This document shows positions 1 through 12,540 of a DNA stretch of 64,000 nucleotides, piece after piece (the first letter of the stretch is position 1; each line of letters opens with the position of its first letter). The notes beneath the pieces are model-generated. The model ran no database searches and was not told where the DNA came from. It saw only the letters and a program-made list of their open reading frames with translations. A program made the translations under genes and the position numbers. The DNA is from Moniliella sp. 'wahieum' (taxonomy: Eukaryota), in NCBI GenBank assembly GCA_003971905.1, contig RSEE01000080.1, forward strand, positions 186,001-250,000, given 5' to 3'.

Positions 1-46
1 GATTCATCATCCCGTGGACTCTCGGGGATGGTTTCGAGGCTCCTCA

Positions 47-1372
47 TTACCATATCGGTAGTCGGATTGTTAACCACGGGAGCCTGAGGCCCATATGAGG
101 CCAAGGGGGAAGTTGGCGCCTCTTGGGGTGACGTGGGGACGGCGAGCACCTCCTTCGTCGTTGCTGCATTCTTCTTCCGGGTCGGACGTGCCGGTGTAGC
201 ACGCTTGGCACGAGGGGTGCTAGTGGCCCGAGGCGTACTGGCTGGCGTTGCTTTTTGCGAAGGACGCGAGGAGTCCGAGCGGGTGTCTTGGGTGCAGTTG
301 ACTCGGAGCCGGGGATAGTCGTCTGAACCGACAACTCTGCACCTTGGGGTGCCTTACGACCACGCCCTTTTGGCTGGTGCATGCAACTCATCCACATCCT
401 CGACCGCGGTTGCTGGACGCTTCTTGGTGGTGGGCGCGGGCAGGGGACTAGCCGGGGTAATGCTCCAGTTTGGGTACCCACTTGCTCAGGAGCTGGACCC
501 GCATCGGCAGCAGTAGCCATTGACGGGGAGCCATCAGCAATGGCTGGGCCTGGTTCCTGCTGGACATGTGCTGCCGTATTGGGTGCTCCAGTGCTCGAAA
601 ACCTCCAAATTGGTATTGCTGGGCTACCGGGCCATCGCGGGGAGGCATCTGCTGGCAGTCGGACGCCATCGGGTGGTAGGCAGTTGCCATCGGCTGCGAC
701 GCGCTGGGTGCATCCTGGAGGAGAAGGGGCGTTGCCAGCCCGCAGTGGGCATACCACGCACCAGATCCGTTTGAGCATGTTGGGATTGTACCCCGTTTGC
801 TGGCCCAAACGCAGGCGCCTCTTTTGCTGGGTCACAGTGGGGACGGGAAGACGGTCCAGAACGCCGGAAAGAAAATCGTGGAGGAGGATCAAGCCGGCCA
901 TATCTTCGGTAATCTCGCGGATGGTCATCACATCTTTGATGACGTCCACCAGCATCTCTTCGAAGCCGCTTAGCATAAATACACCATCAACCCGTGAGCG
1001 ATGGACTAGCACCACTAAGAGGGTTTGGCCCGTGTTGGACGGTATGATGATGTAGGACCAGCAATAAGAAACCGTGGACGACAAGCAATCCAGCCGCGGC
1101 ACCGAGTACGCGTAATCGAGAGCCGACGTGAGCTGAGGAACTAGGGAGGCGTAGGGCTGCTGCGCCAGCGGCGGCGGGCCATGCTGCAGCGGGGATGAGT
1201 GTTGGGTGGCGTAGCAGGGCTGCTGCGATTGCGCTAGCGGCGGGCCACGCTGCGGGTTGGCGGCAATGGCGGGAGCAGCAGGATGCTGGAGGTAAGGTCC
1301 GGCGGCTCATAGCGCGAGGTGGTGGCGAAAGGGTGGGGGCCAGGGAGGAGGGCGGCCACGAGGGGGGGCATT
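47..1372 (-). CDS. Hypothetical Pro-rich protein, frameshifted; ends uncertain
   Basis: Overlapping minus ORFs 47..1102 and 987..1457; one ordered-looking segment (FEEMLVDVIKDVMTIREITEDMAGLILLHDFLSGVLDRLP); no family recognised. Confidence 0.3.
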
Positions 1373-3028
1373 TGTATGAACAAGCGAGCTGGAAGTAAAA
1401 ATGGCCAAGGCAAGAGAAATGCAAAATGATTTTCGGGAGAGACTGCCCAGGTGCCATGTCTCATCTCCGGTGATGGATACTGGATAGACAGTAAAATGGA
1501 TGATCCAGCGTTGATGGCAACACTTGCAGGATGCTGGCAAAGCGGCTGCAGCCGGGGGGAGTATTTCTCGTTAAAATACCGCTTGATACGAGCAGACGTG
1601 CCACACAGAGCCCCACTGCCTTCGCGTTGAACGTCTAAGCACGTTCGTTTCCTCTCCGCACGTTCGTAGTATTGATTGTTCCGAAGGGTGGGCCATTATA
1701 CCACGGGCCTAGCTAGCGATGTTGGCGATGGGGAATGGAATATCCCAGAGCTTTTTAAAAGGAGAGCTAGACCTAATATGGCCCGCGATAGACTAAAGAT
1801 GACAGCTTCCTCTCTTTTTCGGGACTCTCCATGTGGACGGACAAGACGCTCGTCTTGGGCAGGCCTTTTCCGGTGTGAAGGAGAGGATTGTTATAGTCTT
1901 CCGTACTAATACTGCTTTGTGGCTATAATATTCTGGAGAGGACGCCCGGGAGATGAAGTTCATCGTTCATCTGTCCGCCTTTTTGTCCTCGCAAGGAGAT
2001 GCTTACGTGCCTGTTACTCATGCATCACACTGGATGATGCGTTGTGGATGGCACCCTAGGGCACCCTCCGGCCGCAGGCCTCACGACCTCAGCCTCACAA
2101 ACGGATGGGTGATGGCGCTTCAAGATGGACGACCTGGCCACGTGATCACGCTGACGCAGCAGGGTACAACCACCTATGGGTCGGCCAAGGCCGGCCGTCG
2201 CCAGCGGTAACTGGTAGCTATGAAATGCACTCCGAGCAAGGGGTGCGACATGTGACGTCATGTGCTGCGCGTGCCTCGACCAGCGGCGTGGGACGCTGAC
2301 ACTGGTGCTGCGCCTGGGCTACCGGTTACGCCTCAATGTCTCCACGTTGGGAGTCCCAACGTCCAACCAACGCTGAGCTCCGATGGGGCGTGGGAGTGCT
2401 GTGTTATGCGGGCAGGTGCTGGCTCGTGCTTCCTCCCTTGCCCATTTTCTGGCCCTCTCGCTACGACTTGACGGCGGCCACTCCATCCTGCGTCCCACTT
2501 CTGTGTTGTGCTTGGGGGCAGTCCTACAGCCCCTCTTAGCCCTTTCTGTCACCATGCCATCTGGTAATGCGCCGAGGCAGTCGCCTGTGGCCTGACGGCC
2601 TGACCTTCCAGCCAGGCTGATCTCTGATCTCGGATGTCTAGCTCAATACTTACCAGTTCAGGCGGAAGCCCCTGCGTCTATTGTCGCGGTCCGAGATCCT
2701 GTGCTGGCCGCGACTACGTACCTGCCTTCCTTCCGCCCCGTGGAGGGCGGGGGGCGGACCCTGGCGTCTGCCTGTGGCGCCCCACGCCGACCTACGCAGA
2801 CGCCGTGCCTACGACACAGCGATAGCCATCGCACGAGCGCAAGCGCGCCCCCCGCCCTGTATAAGCTTTGTCTGTTGTCTGGTACAGCCCGTCGGCCACA
2901 GGTTCAGTCAGCCCCCCCCTTAGTCTCTCGCGCCCCGTCCGTCCACCAGCACCATCTCCATTCTCACCTTCACCATCCTATTCGCTGTCTGTCTCGTTCC
3001 ACCAATCCGCGCGTCTCTCGACGACGTC

Positions 3029-4747
3029 ATGGCCCACCACCGCCTTGCACCGTCTCTCCCGCGACTTGTCCCAGGCACAGACGCCCTTGGGCACTCTTAC
3101 CCCGCCGACAGCACCCATGTCGCCGAGGAGGGCGATCGGCCTTTGCTCCGCTCGTCCACCAGCTCTCCTGCCTTGCATCGTGGTGTTCTGAGCAGGAGCA
3201 CGAGCCGCGAGTCCGTTGCCAGTTCCCTCTATTCGGGCAAGCAGTCGCCCTTGCCCCATAGCCCATGCCCCGCTCCAAACCGCTCCGTCCGGTCATTCAC
3301 TTTCCGCCGGGATTTGAGCTGGTCAACAACTCCTACACCCCCTCCCCCTCGGTCCTGAGTCTGGCCACATCTAGTTCACGCAACCAATCGGCCGAGACGC
3401 TGGTCCCCCCCACCTCGTCACCTACGGACTACCTGCTGCGCTGCCCGATGTCCCGGACGCCCCAGCTACCTCTCCTCCTGTTGGTGCCCACCTTCTACCC
3501 CCCGGGGAAGCGGCTGCACCGACAGGGGAAAAGAGACATCCAGCCTCCGTTCTGGAACAAGTCGCGCGGCCTTTGACGCCAGTCCCGGTCGGTGGGAGTG
3601 CACTTGGGCGGGTGAAAGAGACAGTGCCCACTACGCCGAGCTTGAATCTGAATCTCTCTTCTGCTCCTGATTTCCTCTCGGCTGCTGGCCGGCGGGGAGG
3701 GAGCAGGCCAAGGAGCACAAGCAAGCAACGCGACCGCATCGGCCCTTGTCGCCTTCTACCAGCACACCTACACGGAGGATGCGCCCCCACCCCTGGGTGG
3801 TGCGCAAAATGCACCCCGCCGATGCATATCCCATTGTTGGGGGCGAGACTGGGTCCATCTACAGCCCTTCGCTGCGTTCACGAAACGGGTCTCCTACCCG
3901 CTCCGGCCCCGGCTCCCGCGCCAGTTCCCGAGGCCGGAATCGCAGTGGCAGCGACGCCTCTGCCATCGCGCCCGGGGCCAACGTGCTAAGGAAGGCGAGC
4001 CGGAAAGCGTCTCGCTTTGTCAGGCGCCACACTCCCTCCTCTTCCACCAGTACCACCACTTCGACGCGGGCAAACAACTGGGACGCTGCAGTTGGGTTTG
4101 ATACCATGCCAGACGGTCTGAATACGGTGAGCGAGACGTTTTCGTTTACGTTGCAGTGCAAGACCAAGCAGTTCCGACGTAGCAAAAATTCGCGCCTGTT
4201 CATGTGTGGCTGTGACGCGACGCCTCACTCGTACTCGGCGCTATCTTGGCTTATGGACCATCTCGTCGAAGATGGGGATGAGGTGGTGGCGGTCCGTGTG
4301 ATTGGGGGGGAGAAGGAGGAGCTGGACCAGGATGCGATCCGGGAGCAAGCGTACGATCTGTGGAACATATTGCCGACTTGAACGACGACGTTCCTGGACG
4401 AAACGTGCGTACCGAGCTTGGGTTGCTTTGTACTCCTAACCCTTTAGTTCGCCCACCCAATCAGGCAGAGAGGCGTTCCTGCAGACGATCAACTGACGCG
4501 AACCCCCCCTCTTTTCCCTCCAGATTTCGATGTGTCGAGATTATTCATGGCCACCGACGCGACCATCTTGCGCATGATCCAAACCTACCGCCCCAACAGT
4601 TTGGTCGTGGGTACTCGCGGTAAGCCGTCGCATCGCCTCCAACGTCTCTTTGGCTCTTCGCCCATGATCAGCCATGTTTCCCGCGACACGCTGCAGCGCT
4701 CTCCTGTGCCCGTTGTCGTGGTTCGTCCAGAGATGATGGCGCAATAA
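3029..4747 (+). CDS. Universal stress protein (USP)-domain protein with Ser-rich N-terminus; frameshifted, 3' end uncertain
   Basis: FSFTLQCKTKQFRRSKNSRLFMCGCDATPHSYSALSWLMDHLVEDGDEVVAVRVI and YRPNSLVVGTRG...SPVPVVVVRP match fungal USP proteins; intron 4405-4523 (GTGCGT..CTGAC..CAG). Confidence 0.8.
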
Positions 4748-5452
4748 CCACCAAGAAAGCCCCTTTGCATCACCATCGTGCCACAGGACACACTGGCCCC
4801 TCCTCAGGCTCAGGCAGCGCTCAAGAGGTCTCTTTGCCCGGCTCTCCCCTTCTGTCTGCTGCCACACGCCAACGACGCGATTGGAACCAAGGGCTCAATG
4901 TTGCAATGCGGGTCGGGGGTGACGGTGAAGCTTCATGAAGCTTGAAGCTAGGCTAGTAGTGAGCAGGTGGCGGGGCCAAACCCGCGGAACAGTTGCCTCG
5001 TCTCTTCCCGACGATCTCCTCTCTCTCCTCCAGTCTCCTGTGGATAATCGATGAGGTCCAAGACCTAGGATGCCAGTGCTCCCTGTGCCCATGGCGAGGC
5101 ATCGTTCCCAACACTGGCCGGGTGCGTGCCGGGCGGAGGGTGTGGATCCACGCGAGGGATCCAGGCACGGCGCCCAGGCGGGTTAGGTAGGTGGACCCTA
5201 CGACGAAGGAGACAAGCGTGGAAAGAGGCATGGTTACGTAATCCGACTCGTGTGCGCCCGACACGCCACACTGCCCTTCTGCTTGCCGCGGCGCCCCTGC
5301 AAACCAGGGCCAAGAACCCGCCAGAGTGCCACTGGCGCCGACAGGGTAAAGGCCGCGCATTCTTCTGCACCACCATCCTCGCTTCTGCCCTTGGCCCTCG
5401 GCCCGCCTCCCCACCCCCACCCGTTCGTCTGTCCTTTCCAGTTCTCTCCAAT

Positions 5453-6234
5453 ATGTCCGCCGCCGTCACCAATGTGCTTTTCTTTCTCTTTCTTCTTTTC
5501 ATGCGCCGGTGTCTCTGCCTAGCTATGCGTGGTGGCGCTGGCGAGGTGCTACGCCTGCCCCTCTGCCTTTTTGCCGCACCTCGTGCGCGCTTTCCTTGGC
5601 AGATGGGATGCACCATGCCCTGTCTTCCCTCGTCCGGTGGCGATGTATGACTGACATTGGCTCGTTTTTTTTTGTTGGATAGATGGCCCTGATGTTTGGG
5701 GCCATGCAGGTTGCCAAGAAGATTCCGTTTGAGGAGCAGCCGGAACTGGTCAACTATGCGCGGATTGCGTATGTGTCGGTGCAGCTCTTCACGCTTGCTC
5801 TGTTCTATTACTGCACACTCAAGGTCAAGGCCAAGAACGACTTGACGGTGCTCAAGTACGTGCAGCCCAAGAGCCCGCTGTCGCAGGAGGGCGGGGAGCT
5901 GATCACGACGACGCACCGCGAATACGACCTGGGCGAACTGCAAAAGTCGATCCGGGGCGTGTTTACCGGGTTCATTTTCATGGCGGTCATGCACCTCTAC
6001 CTCGGCTACACCCAGCCTTTGGTGATGCAGTCGATTATGCCGCTCAAGAACACGCTCGAGTCGAAAGAGGTGCAGATTTGGGTATGGGGCAAGGCCGCGG
6101 CCGGTGAGCTCAAGCGTCCGTTTGTTGCCGCTCCTGGCCTGTTTGGCGCAGCTACCGGGGCTGCGCAGCACAACCCGACCGACAAGGCCGCCATCAAGCA
6201 GGCCGAGGCGGCAGCCACCAAGAAGAGCGAGTAA
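5453..6234 (+). CDS. PHO88: Pho88/Snd3 ER membrane protein (SRP-independent targeting)
   Basis: Exon 1 MSAAVTN (5453-5473), intron 5474-5682, then KAKNDLTVLKYV...EYDL...MHLYLGYTQPLVMQSIMPLK...ELKRPF, typical of the Pho88 family. Confidence 0.92.
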
Positions 6235-6689
6235 GCTCAAGTGCGATGCCCACCCAGCCTTTTCCTCGGCTCGGGCAGGATCGGATCCCCAGACGGCCTG
6301 GACATTGTGAGTTGATGCATTGGGGTTTGAGCCGCGTGTTCTTGGCGCAGCAGTAGTCCAATTGCCATGATAACCTTGTCCTGCCTCTCTGCCCTGAGCG
6401 TCCCTGACGTAGATAGCTAGCTCCTCGGGTCGATGGCTCCACATGGTGGCGGGCATTTAACCAACACTCGCCGCCGTTACCGCAGGTCGTCCGATGCCTG
6501 ACGTTGTGGGAGCAGAGCGTTGTCTATTTCCCAGTGGCTCGGGCGTCCTTGGAGCTGGGCTAAGCTTGGATCTTGTGTATGTTGTACGGCTACAAGATGG
6601 CCGGCATTAAAGCTTGAAGCTTGAAGCAAGATGGTACAGGTAAAGGAGGGTGTCATTTCCTGTATCAAAGTCCAAAAGCGTACACAAGG

Positions 6690-6775
6690 GGTTCCATATT
6701 GTAGTTGGTTAGCAAGTAGGATTCTGACGCTTTCGTCGTATTCCTGAAACCTGGGTTCGAATCCCAGTGGGACCT
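6690..6775 (+). tRNA. tRNA-Gln(CTG) with 13-nt intron (6728-6740)
   Basis: Acceptor GGTTCCA/TGGGACC, anticodon arm TAGGA-TTCTGA^T-TCCTG, T arm CTGGG-TTCGAAT-CCCAG, downstream T run. Confidence 0.95.
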
Positions 6776-7826
6776 ACTTTTTGGGATTTTGGCCTTTTTT
6801 ATTCTTCATCGCATGCGTTTCCGCATGCGCTCCTGAGGCAATTGGCGGCGGCGACAGGACTAGTACCTAGTATGAGTGGCTCTGGCAAACTAGGCGACAG
6901 GCCAGGCAGGCCCACGTGGGCGTCCCACGCAGGATTTGGATTGGGATCGGGAGGTGGCGGCACCACAACCTTCTGGAGGGGGCGGGACGGGACGCGTCGC
7001 TGGGGTTGGCCACTGCTGAGCGCACGCGACCGGCCGGCGGAGTGACTAGTGCTAGTGAACAATGCACATCGCACATTGAACATTGAACACGTGCGCATTG
7101 GTATGGGCACGCGGCACGCGACCCCGCGTGGCTTGCCGATCGTGCGGGGGTACCCGCAACCCGCCCACACGACGCCATCCCATGTCGCCCGACCCGACTG
7201 GGTTTGTGCTGAGTGCGGCCTCATCGACCCTCATCGCAGGCCGACGCTGTCTGGGAGCATCCGCCGCGGGCGGCTAGCTTCCGATCTCAGAGCGCCTCAG
7301 TGCCAGTGACGAGTGACAAGTGTGCTATCTAGCCACGAGCTGCGGCAACCGGGAGGCGTCTATACGCGGCGCATCACGCCGCTTTCAGGGCCTGGGGCTC
7401 GTGATCACACTTGGGGACAATGCGCAAGACGGGGAAAGTGGCTGGGGGCGAAAGAGGCAGGGGAGCAGGATGGGGTACGGGGCCTCTGTGTGGTATATGT
7501 GCGTGTTGGCGCTTGTCGACCTCTGCTCCCCCCCGTGGCGCACGTGGCATGCCCTCCCGCCAACTGCTCGCGACGCACAGACCTCCGCGCCCGACCCTCT
7601 GACCTGAGCTTCTGGAGCCGTCTGCAACCCTGCGCCCTGCTGGGGCCGGCCTGAATCAGCCACGACTCGGAGCGCTCGGGAGGGTGCCGGGCCAAAGCTA
7701 GAAGCGGCTCGGAAGAGCGCAGCTTCAATCCTGTCCTCTCCTACCCTCTAACCACTCTCCATCCTCGCCCCCGCTTTCTGCTTCTCCCCCATCACCCTCC
7801 CAACTCCAATCGGCGTTGCTTCCAGT

Positions 7827-9368
7827 ATGGCTCCTCCGACGCTACCCCCCTGCCTCTCCGGCCCTGCCCCGGCCCCTCGAGGCCGTAGAGACGGGGCGCG
7901 CCGGGCGCTGCATTCCCAAATCGAGCGAAGAAGGAGAGAAAAGATCAACGACCGTCTGATCGCACTGCGAAACACTGTGCCGTCATGCGCACTCCTCATG
8001 GCCGACCGGCTCGGGTACAAGGTACCTCTTACGGGGCCTCTTGCGGAGCGCTATACCGTGGCTCCACCCCCTCTCACCTCGACGCCGAGCCAAGAGGCGG
8101 ACGTCCCCCCAGCTCCTCGCTCGCGACGTCGCGGGCCGCCTCCTCCTCCTCCCAATTACGAGGAGGAACTGGGTTTGCACAAGCTCGATGTGCTCACGCA
8201 TACTGTTGGTCCGTATTCCCCCCTCCCCACGCAGCTCTCTCTTCCGGGCGGACTGGCTAACCTGAGCCACACGACAGATTATATCACCGAACTGCACGCC
8301 TATATTGACACTCTGCTAGCAAAGCAGGCCACCGCCGTCGCCCACCAACCGTCCTCGTCCGAGTGTCGCACGGTCCCCATGTCCTCCTCCAGTCCGCTCA
8401 AACGCACATTTAGTTCTTCTTCCACCGATGAGACCGTGTCGGAGCCGGACCTGGTCAATCCCAGGGGTATGTCGGCGGACATGTCTGCTGCGCATCGACG
8501 TGCGTTGCCCCCTTCTGCACCGTTGGCACCCTCTGGGCGCACAAGCTCGAGCAAGCCGCATTATCCTGCTCATCTCTCCCCCTCTCCTGCGGCCGAGCGG
8601 ACTAGCTCCCATACCGAGACGAGCTTGCACCACTATAGCCTCTCCAGCTCCTCTTCCCAACCGCCCGAACCGCGGTGGTGGCCCACTTCCTTCTCGCCTT
8701 CCATGCAAGGGAACCACCCGAGCGAAGTACGGGGGCTGGATACGCCGGGCCTGGTAGGCGGCCTGGGTGCTCCGGCGCGGGGAAGTGTGGCATCCGGTCC
8801 GTCCGAAGCGGCTTCCAGTGTCGCGTCACCTCGCAGCGGCGAGCTGGGCAGTTGCGCCACCCGCGCTGATCCCCCACTGCGTCTGCCGAGCCCGTTGAGT
8901 TTGCCCTTGGCGGCTGCGCCGCTCTACTCGGCGTTGCCGCCACTGTGTCTGCCGCCTGGACCGGGCCAGCGAAAGGGCCGAGGCGAGGCGGGCGAGACAG
9001 CCAGCTACGTCGGCCCGATGCCCAGTAAGCCCGGGCCGGCCTTGGCTTCTCTCGGGCCCCGTTCGGCCGCGCATACCCATGCCCATGCCCATGCCCATGC
9101 CCGTTCGTCCTCGACGGTAGAGGACGATGCGCAGCTGTTGCTCCTCCTCCGTACTTCCCCCCGCATGCTCTGGGAGCCCAGGCCGTGCCCTTGCGCACCC
9201 CGTCTCGCCCTGGCTATCCCGAACCCCGTGCTACCCCCTTGCGCTCGGCTCCTCACCCTGCCGACCTGGGCCCGGCCAAACGGCCACGGCTTGGATCGCT
9301 GTATTGATGCATCTGCCTGCCCCCTTTCCCGCTCCGAACCGGCCCGACGGTGTTCGGTGCCTATGTAG
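7827..9368 (+). CDS. bHLH transcription factor; C-terminus uncertain
   Basis: Basic/helix 1 RRALHSQIERRRREKINDRLIALRNTVP; removing the in-frame 69-nt intron 8209-8277 (GTCCGT..GCTAAC..CAG) gives helix 2 LHKLDVLTHTVDYITEL. Confidence 0.88.
   Translation: MAPPTLPPCLSGPAPAPRGRRDGARRALHSQIERRRREKINDRLIALRNTVPSCALLMADRLGYKVPLTGPLAERYTVAPPPLTSTPSQEADVPPAPRSRRRGPPPPPPNYEEELGLHKLDVLTHTVGPYSPLPTQLSLPGGLANLSHTTDYITELHAYIDTLLAKQATAVAHQPSSSECRTVPMSSSSPLKRTFSSSSTDETVSEPDLVNPRGMSADMSAAHRRALPPSAPLAPSGRTSSSKPHYPAHLSPSPAAERTSSHTETSLHHYSLSSSSSQPPEPRWWPTSFSPSMQGNHPSEVRGLDTPGLVGGLGAPARGSVASGPSEAASSVASPRSGELGSCATRADPPLRLPSPLSLPLAAAPLYSALPPLCLPPGPGQRKGRGEAGETASYVGPMPSKPGPALASLGPRSAAHTHAHAHAHARSSSTVEDDAQLLLLLRTSPRMLWEPRPCPCAPRLALAIPNPVLPPCARLLTLPTWARPNGHGLDRCIDASACPLSRSEPARRCSVPM
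9076..9102. repeat. (CCCATG)n microsatellite encoding a His-Ala tract in the bHLH gene
   Basis: About 4.5 tandem units. Confidence 0.85.
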
Positions 9369-9957
9369 AAATAGGCTGTACAACCGACGGGACGTTTGTG
9401 TTTGCCTTCTTGTGCGTGGGGGGCCTGGCCGATCCTCCTATTACTGATGCATGCTATAGGTCTCCCTGCCCTGCTGGTTCGTAGCTGCCCCGCAACGCAC
9501 CGCCGATCTGAAGGATGCAACTATCATACTTGGGCCCGGGCACCTGCACCATTAGAGTTCCGCACCACCGAATTTCAGGAGACAGACGAGGTTTGGCAGA
9601 GGTTCTACTCTTGGGGGGTACCGAGGCGGGCAGCCAAACACGAGACACAAAGAGAGGGCAGGGCAAACGCCGAGTTCAATCTGGGTCGCGGCACCTGTTT
9701 CGACCACCATCGAACCCAAACAACCTTGGAGAGGGGTGCGAACCCAGGGCCGGTGCCAGCTGCGGCGGGACAAACGAGGGGCCAAAATGGAACTAGACGG
9801 ACGACCAAGGATGATGAAAGCAGTCGCGCGGCAGCAAAGCAAACTAAAGTAGTGCGAGCAAAGGAGGAGGCAGAGCGCCCCAACGAAAGTAGGCGATGGA
9901 CCAAGGTAGGAGGAATGTGCCGTCTGTGGCTACGAGCTTCGTCAGGTCCGAACGCAG

Positions 9958-11221
9958 CTAAGCTACCGCCGCCACAGTGGGCGTTCCTCCGACGCAGTGG
10001 CGAGTCTGGGCCGGTGGGGGGGTCGAGGCGGTTGAAACGGACAAGGCCGGGGCGGCAGGGACGGTGCGTTGGGTTAGTGGCCGGGCTGCCACGGCGTCAT
10101 GTACATGTGCGGTGGAGCGAGCGTGCTCGGGCGCAGCGCGCCGCGTTGTTTGGTGCACTTGATGCTTCCACGTCTTCTTGGCGGCCTGGTCACGCAATTT
10201 GGCCAGCTTGGCACCGGTCATGCGCGTACCAAGGAGCACGTCAAAGTGGATGAAAAACGGCTGGGAATAGTTGTACCGCAGGCCTTGGAGTTGGTGATGA
10301 ATGTCATGGTACTCGGCCGTGTTGGGGAAGACGAGGTGCAGGGGATCGATCCACCAGGGGAACGCGTACCCGCCATGATCGTCCACCGTTTTGAGCGTGG
10401 AGAAGAAAAAGAGCAAGATGCCTTGGCGGATGGTCATGAGGCTCAGGGTGTAGGACACGGCGGCACCCAAGCTATCCAGCACCAAGCCTTCCACAGGATG
10501 GTTGTAGAGCGCGCCAAACGAATAGGGAACAGAGCCGGTGGTGATGGCTGTGAAAGTGGCGGTACAGGAACCGGGACTCGTGCGCGGCACGGTGCCAAAA
10601 GTACTGCCACGTGTCCATGACCAAGAACGCGCACCAGTACTGGGCAAGTGGGATGCCCCACCAGTAGAACCAGCTCGCTGCCGCCGGCCCCCACTGGGCC
10701 AAGACGGCACTGGCACGCTCCTGTCCCAATATGCGGGCGGCAATGCGGGTCACGTAGTGGCCCACCACGCCCATCGCGGCGCGGTGGTCTATGGTCGCTT
10801 GAGCATGGATCACTTCCTCCGACTCGAGGACAACGATCCCCAACAGGGTCTGGACGAGCTGTTGGACAGCGACCATTTTGATGACCTGGGTCTTGGACAC
10901 CTTGTTGCGTGCCTTGATCTCCTCGGGCTCGTGGATGCGGTAGCGCTCGAAAAAGGGCCATTGCAACCAGTCGATCAGCTGGTAGACCATGCTGTAGACC
11001 CAGTAGACCAGGACCGGGGCTGCGAGGGAGAGGTACTTGTCGCTGAGCCCAGGCCACAGACTCTCGCGCTGCGTGTGGTAGATGGGATAGACCAGCTGAG
11101 CTGGGGCGAGGTCGAGGGAGGCGAGTGGATGGGAGGATGGCAAGGGCGGGATGAACGTGTCGGCCAGTCGGAGCGCATATGGCAGCAGCGGCAGCGGCAG
11201 CACCGCTGTCGTCTCGTTCAT
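9958..11221 (-). CDS. SUR2: Sphingolipid C4-hydroxylase (fatty acid hydroxylase family), frameshifted
   Basis: SDKYLSLAAPVLVYWVYS, RIHEPEE, DTWQYFWHRAAH, HSHHH, YSFGALYNHPVEG, KTVDDHGGY, HDIHHQ..YNYSQPFF. Confidence 0.93.
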
Positions 11222-11870
11222 TGTGGACAACCTCGCAGGATAGGAGGAGGACGCAGAGGAGGTGGAAGGCAGGTCTCGGAAATGGGACGGGGCTCTGCAA
11301 CCGTGCTCACGCGCCCTGAGGGTAGAGGGGCTAGGACAATCGAGCACGATTGGCTATGGTTCTCGAGTGGAAGAGAGACGGCGTTTGAACCTTGCTTGTA
11401 ATAAGCATCGCCCTTTAGTGTCTGACGCGCTGACGCTTGAACTTCAAGTGAAGCTTGACATGGAAAATGGACACTTGACGAGATGATCATCAATCGACAT
11501 CAATCACTTCACACACGTACAAGGGTTTGGTTGGAGTAGCAACCTGTAGCAAGAACCCAGTAGCACACCAACCAGTCGCCGTTCGTCCCTAGCCACATCC
11601 CACGTCACACACATATTGTACCTCCGCCTCACATGGCTGATATCTACGTGGCGGGACACTGCGCTCCTGCCGCGTCGCCCAAACCAACTGTATAGTAACT
11701 ATGGTAACTTGTGACCGATACCCGATCTAGGAGATCTAATCCTTTTCTCTCCCCAATCATTAATCAAGCTAATCCATCCGAGGCGATCAGACTGATCGCG
11801 CATCAAAAGTCAATCGCAATGCGTTTTGCCAAGACTGTTCCCGCAGGTTCCGACCTGTTCCGACTATAGT

Positions 11871-11914
11871 AGCTTGAAGCTTGGAGCTCTTGAAGCTTGA
11901 AGCTTGAAGCTTGA
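11871..11914. repeat. (TTGAAGC)n tandem heptamer
   Basis: agcttgaagcttggagctcttgaagcttgaagcttgaagcttga. Confidence 0.75.
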
Positions 11915-12109
11915 CGGGTGGAGGGAAAGGAAAAGCGATGATCAGTCCAGCCGGTCACCAGTGTCACCCACCTGTTGTCGACGCTACGACAGCAGTGGGG
12001 AGAGTTGAGTTGGGCGTTCAGCGGAATCGGAGGCGGAGCCAAGGGAAACGACTCAGTGGAAAGGGAAGGTCAAAAGAACCAATGTTAAGACATGGACAGA
12101 AAAACAAAC

Positions 12110-12203
12110 CGACAACGACAGGACCCGAATCTGTGCAGGCAGAGCCTAATTGATGTCCCAACCAAGTTCGAATCAATCCCCTTAACCACTCGGGCATGTT
12201 GCC
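12110..12203 (-). tRNA. tRNA-Ser(CGA) with 12-nt intron (12155-12166); imperfect T arm, possibly a pseudogene
   Basis: Reverse strand GGCAACATGCCCGAGTGGTTAAGGGG-ATTGA-TTCGAA^A-TCAAT, long variable arm AGGCTCTGCCT, 3' end CGTTGTCG, T run downstream. Confidence 0.85.
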
Positions 12204-12540
12204 TTTGATCTTAGCGTCCGGTTCAAAAAGGAGCCTATTTATGGGTGCCGTCATTGAATTGTACAAGCCGGTGGGAAGCTCCATCATCATCGCTGGTGTT
12301 CCCATCCAGTTAGCACGGCACGACTAAGAACCTGTTCCTGGCAACCAAGCCTCTGATCTTATCCTCGCCTGACCAGCCTGTCCCACGTTTCCCTGCCCTT
12401 CGAATGGTCGGGGAAGGAGACTATACCCGATGCATCGCCCGACCTGCTGCAGAGTCCTCAGCTGAGCCATGGTATTCGCTCCTCCTTGGCATACGCACTT
12501 GGCACAGTCTGGCCCAGTCCACACACATAGGTCCTCCCAC

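Noticed and set aside
7827..9368. HAC1/Cib1 (Ire1 substrate) near IRE1
   Set aside because: The factor is bHLH, not bZIP, and its intron is a normal GT-AG intron
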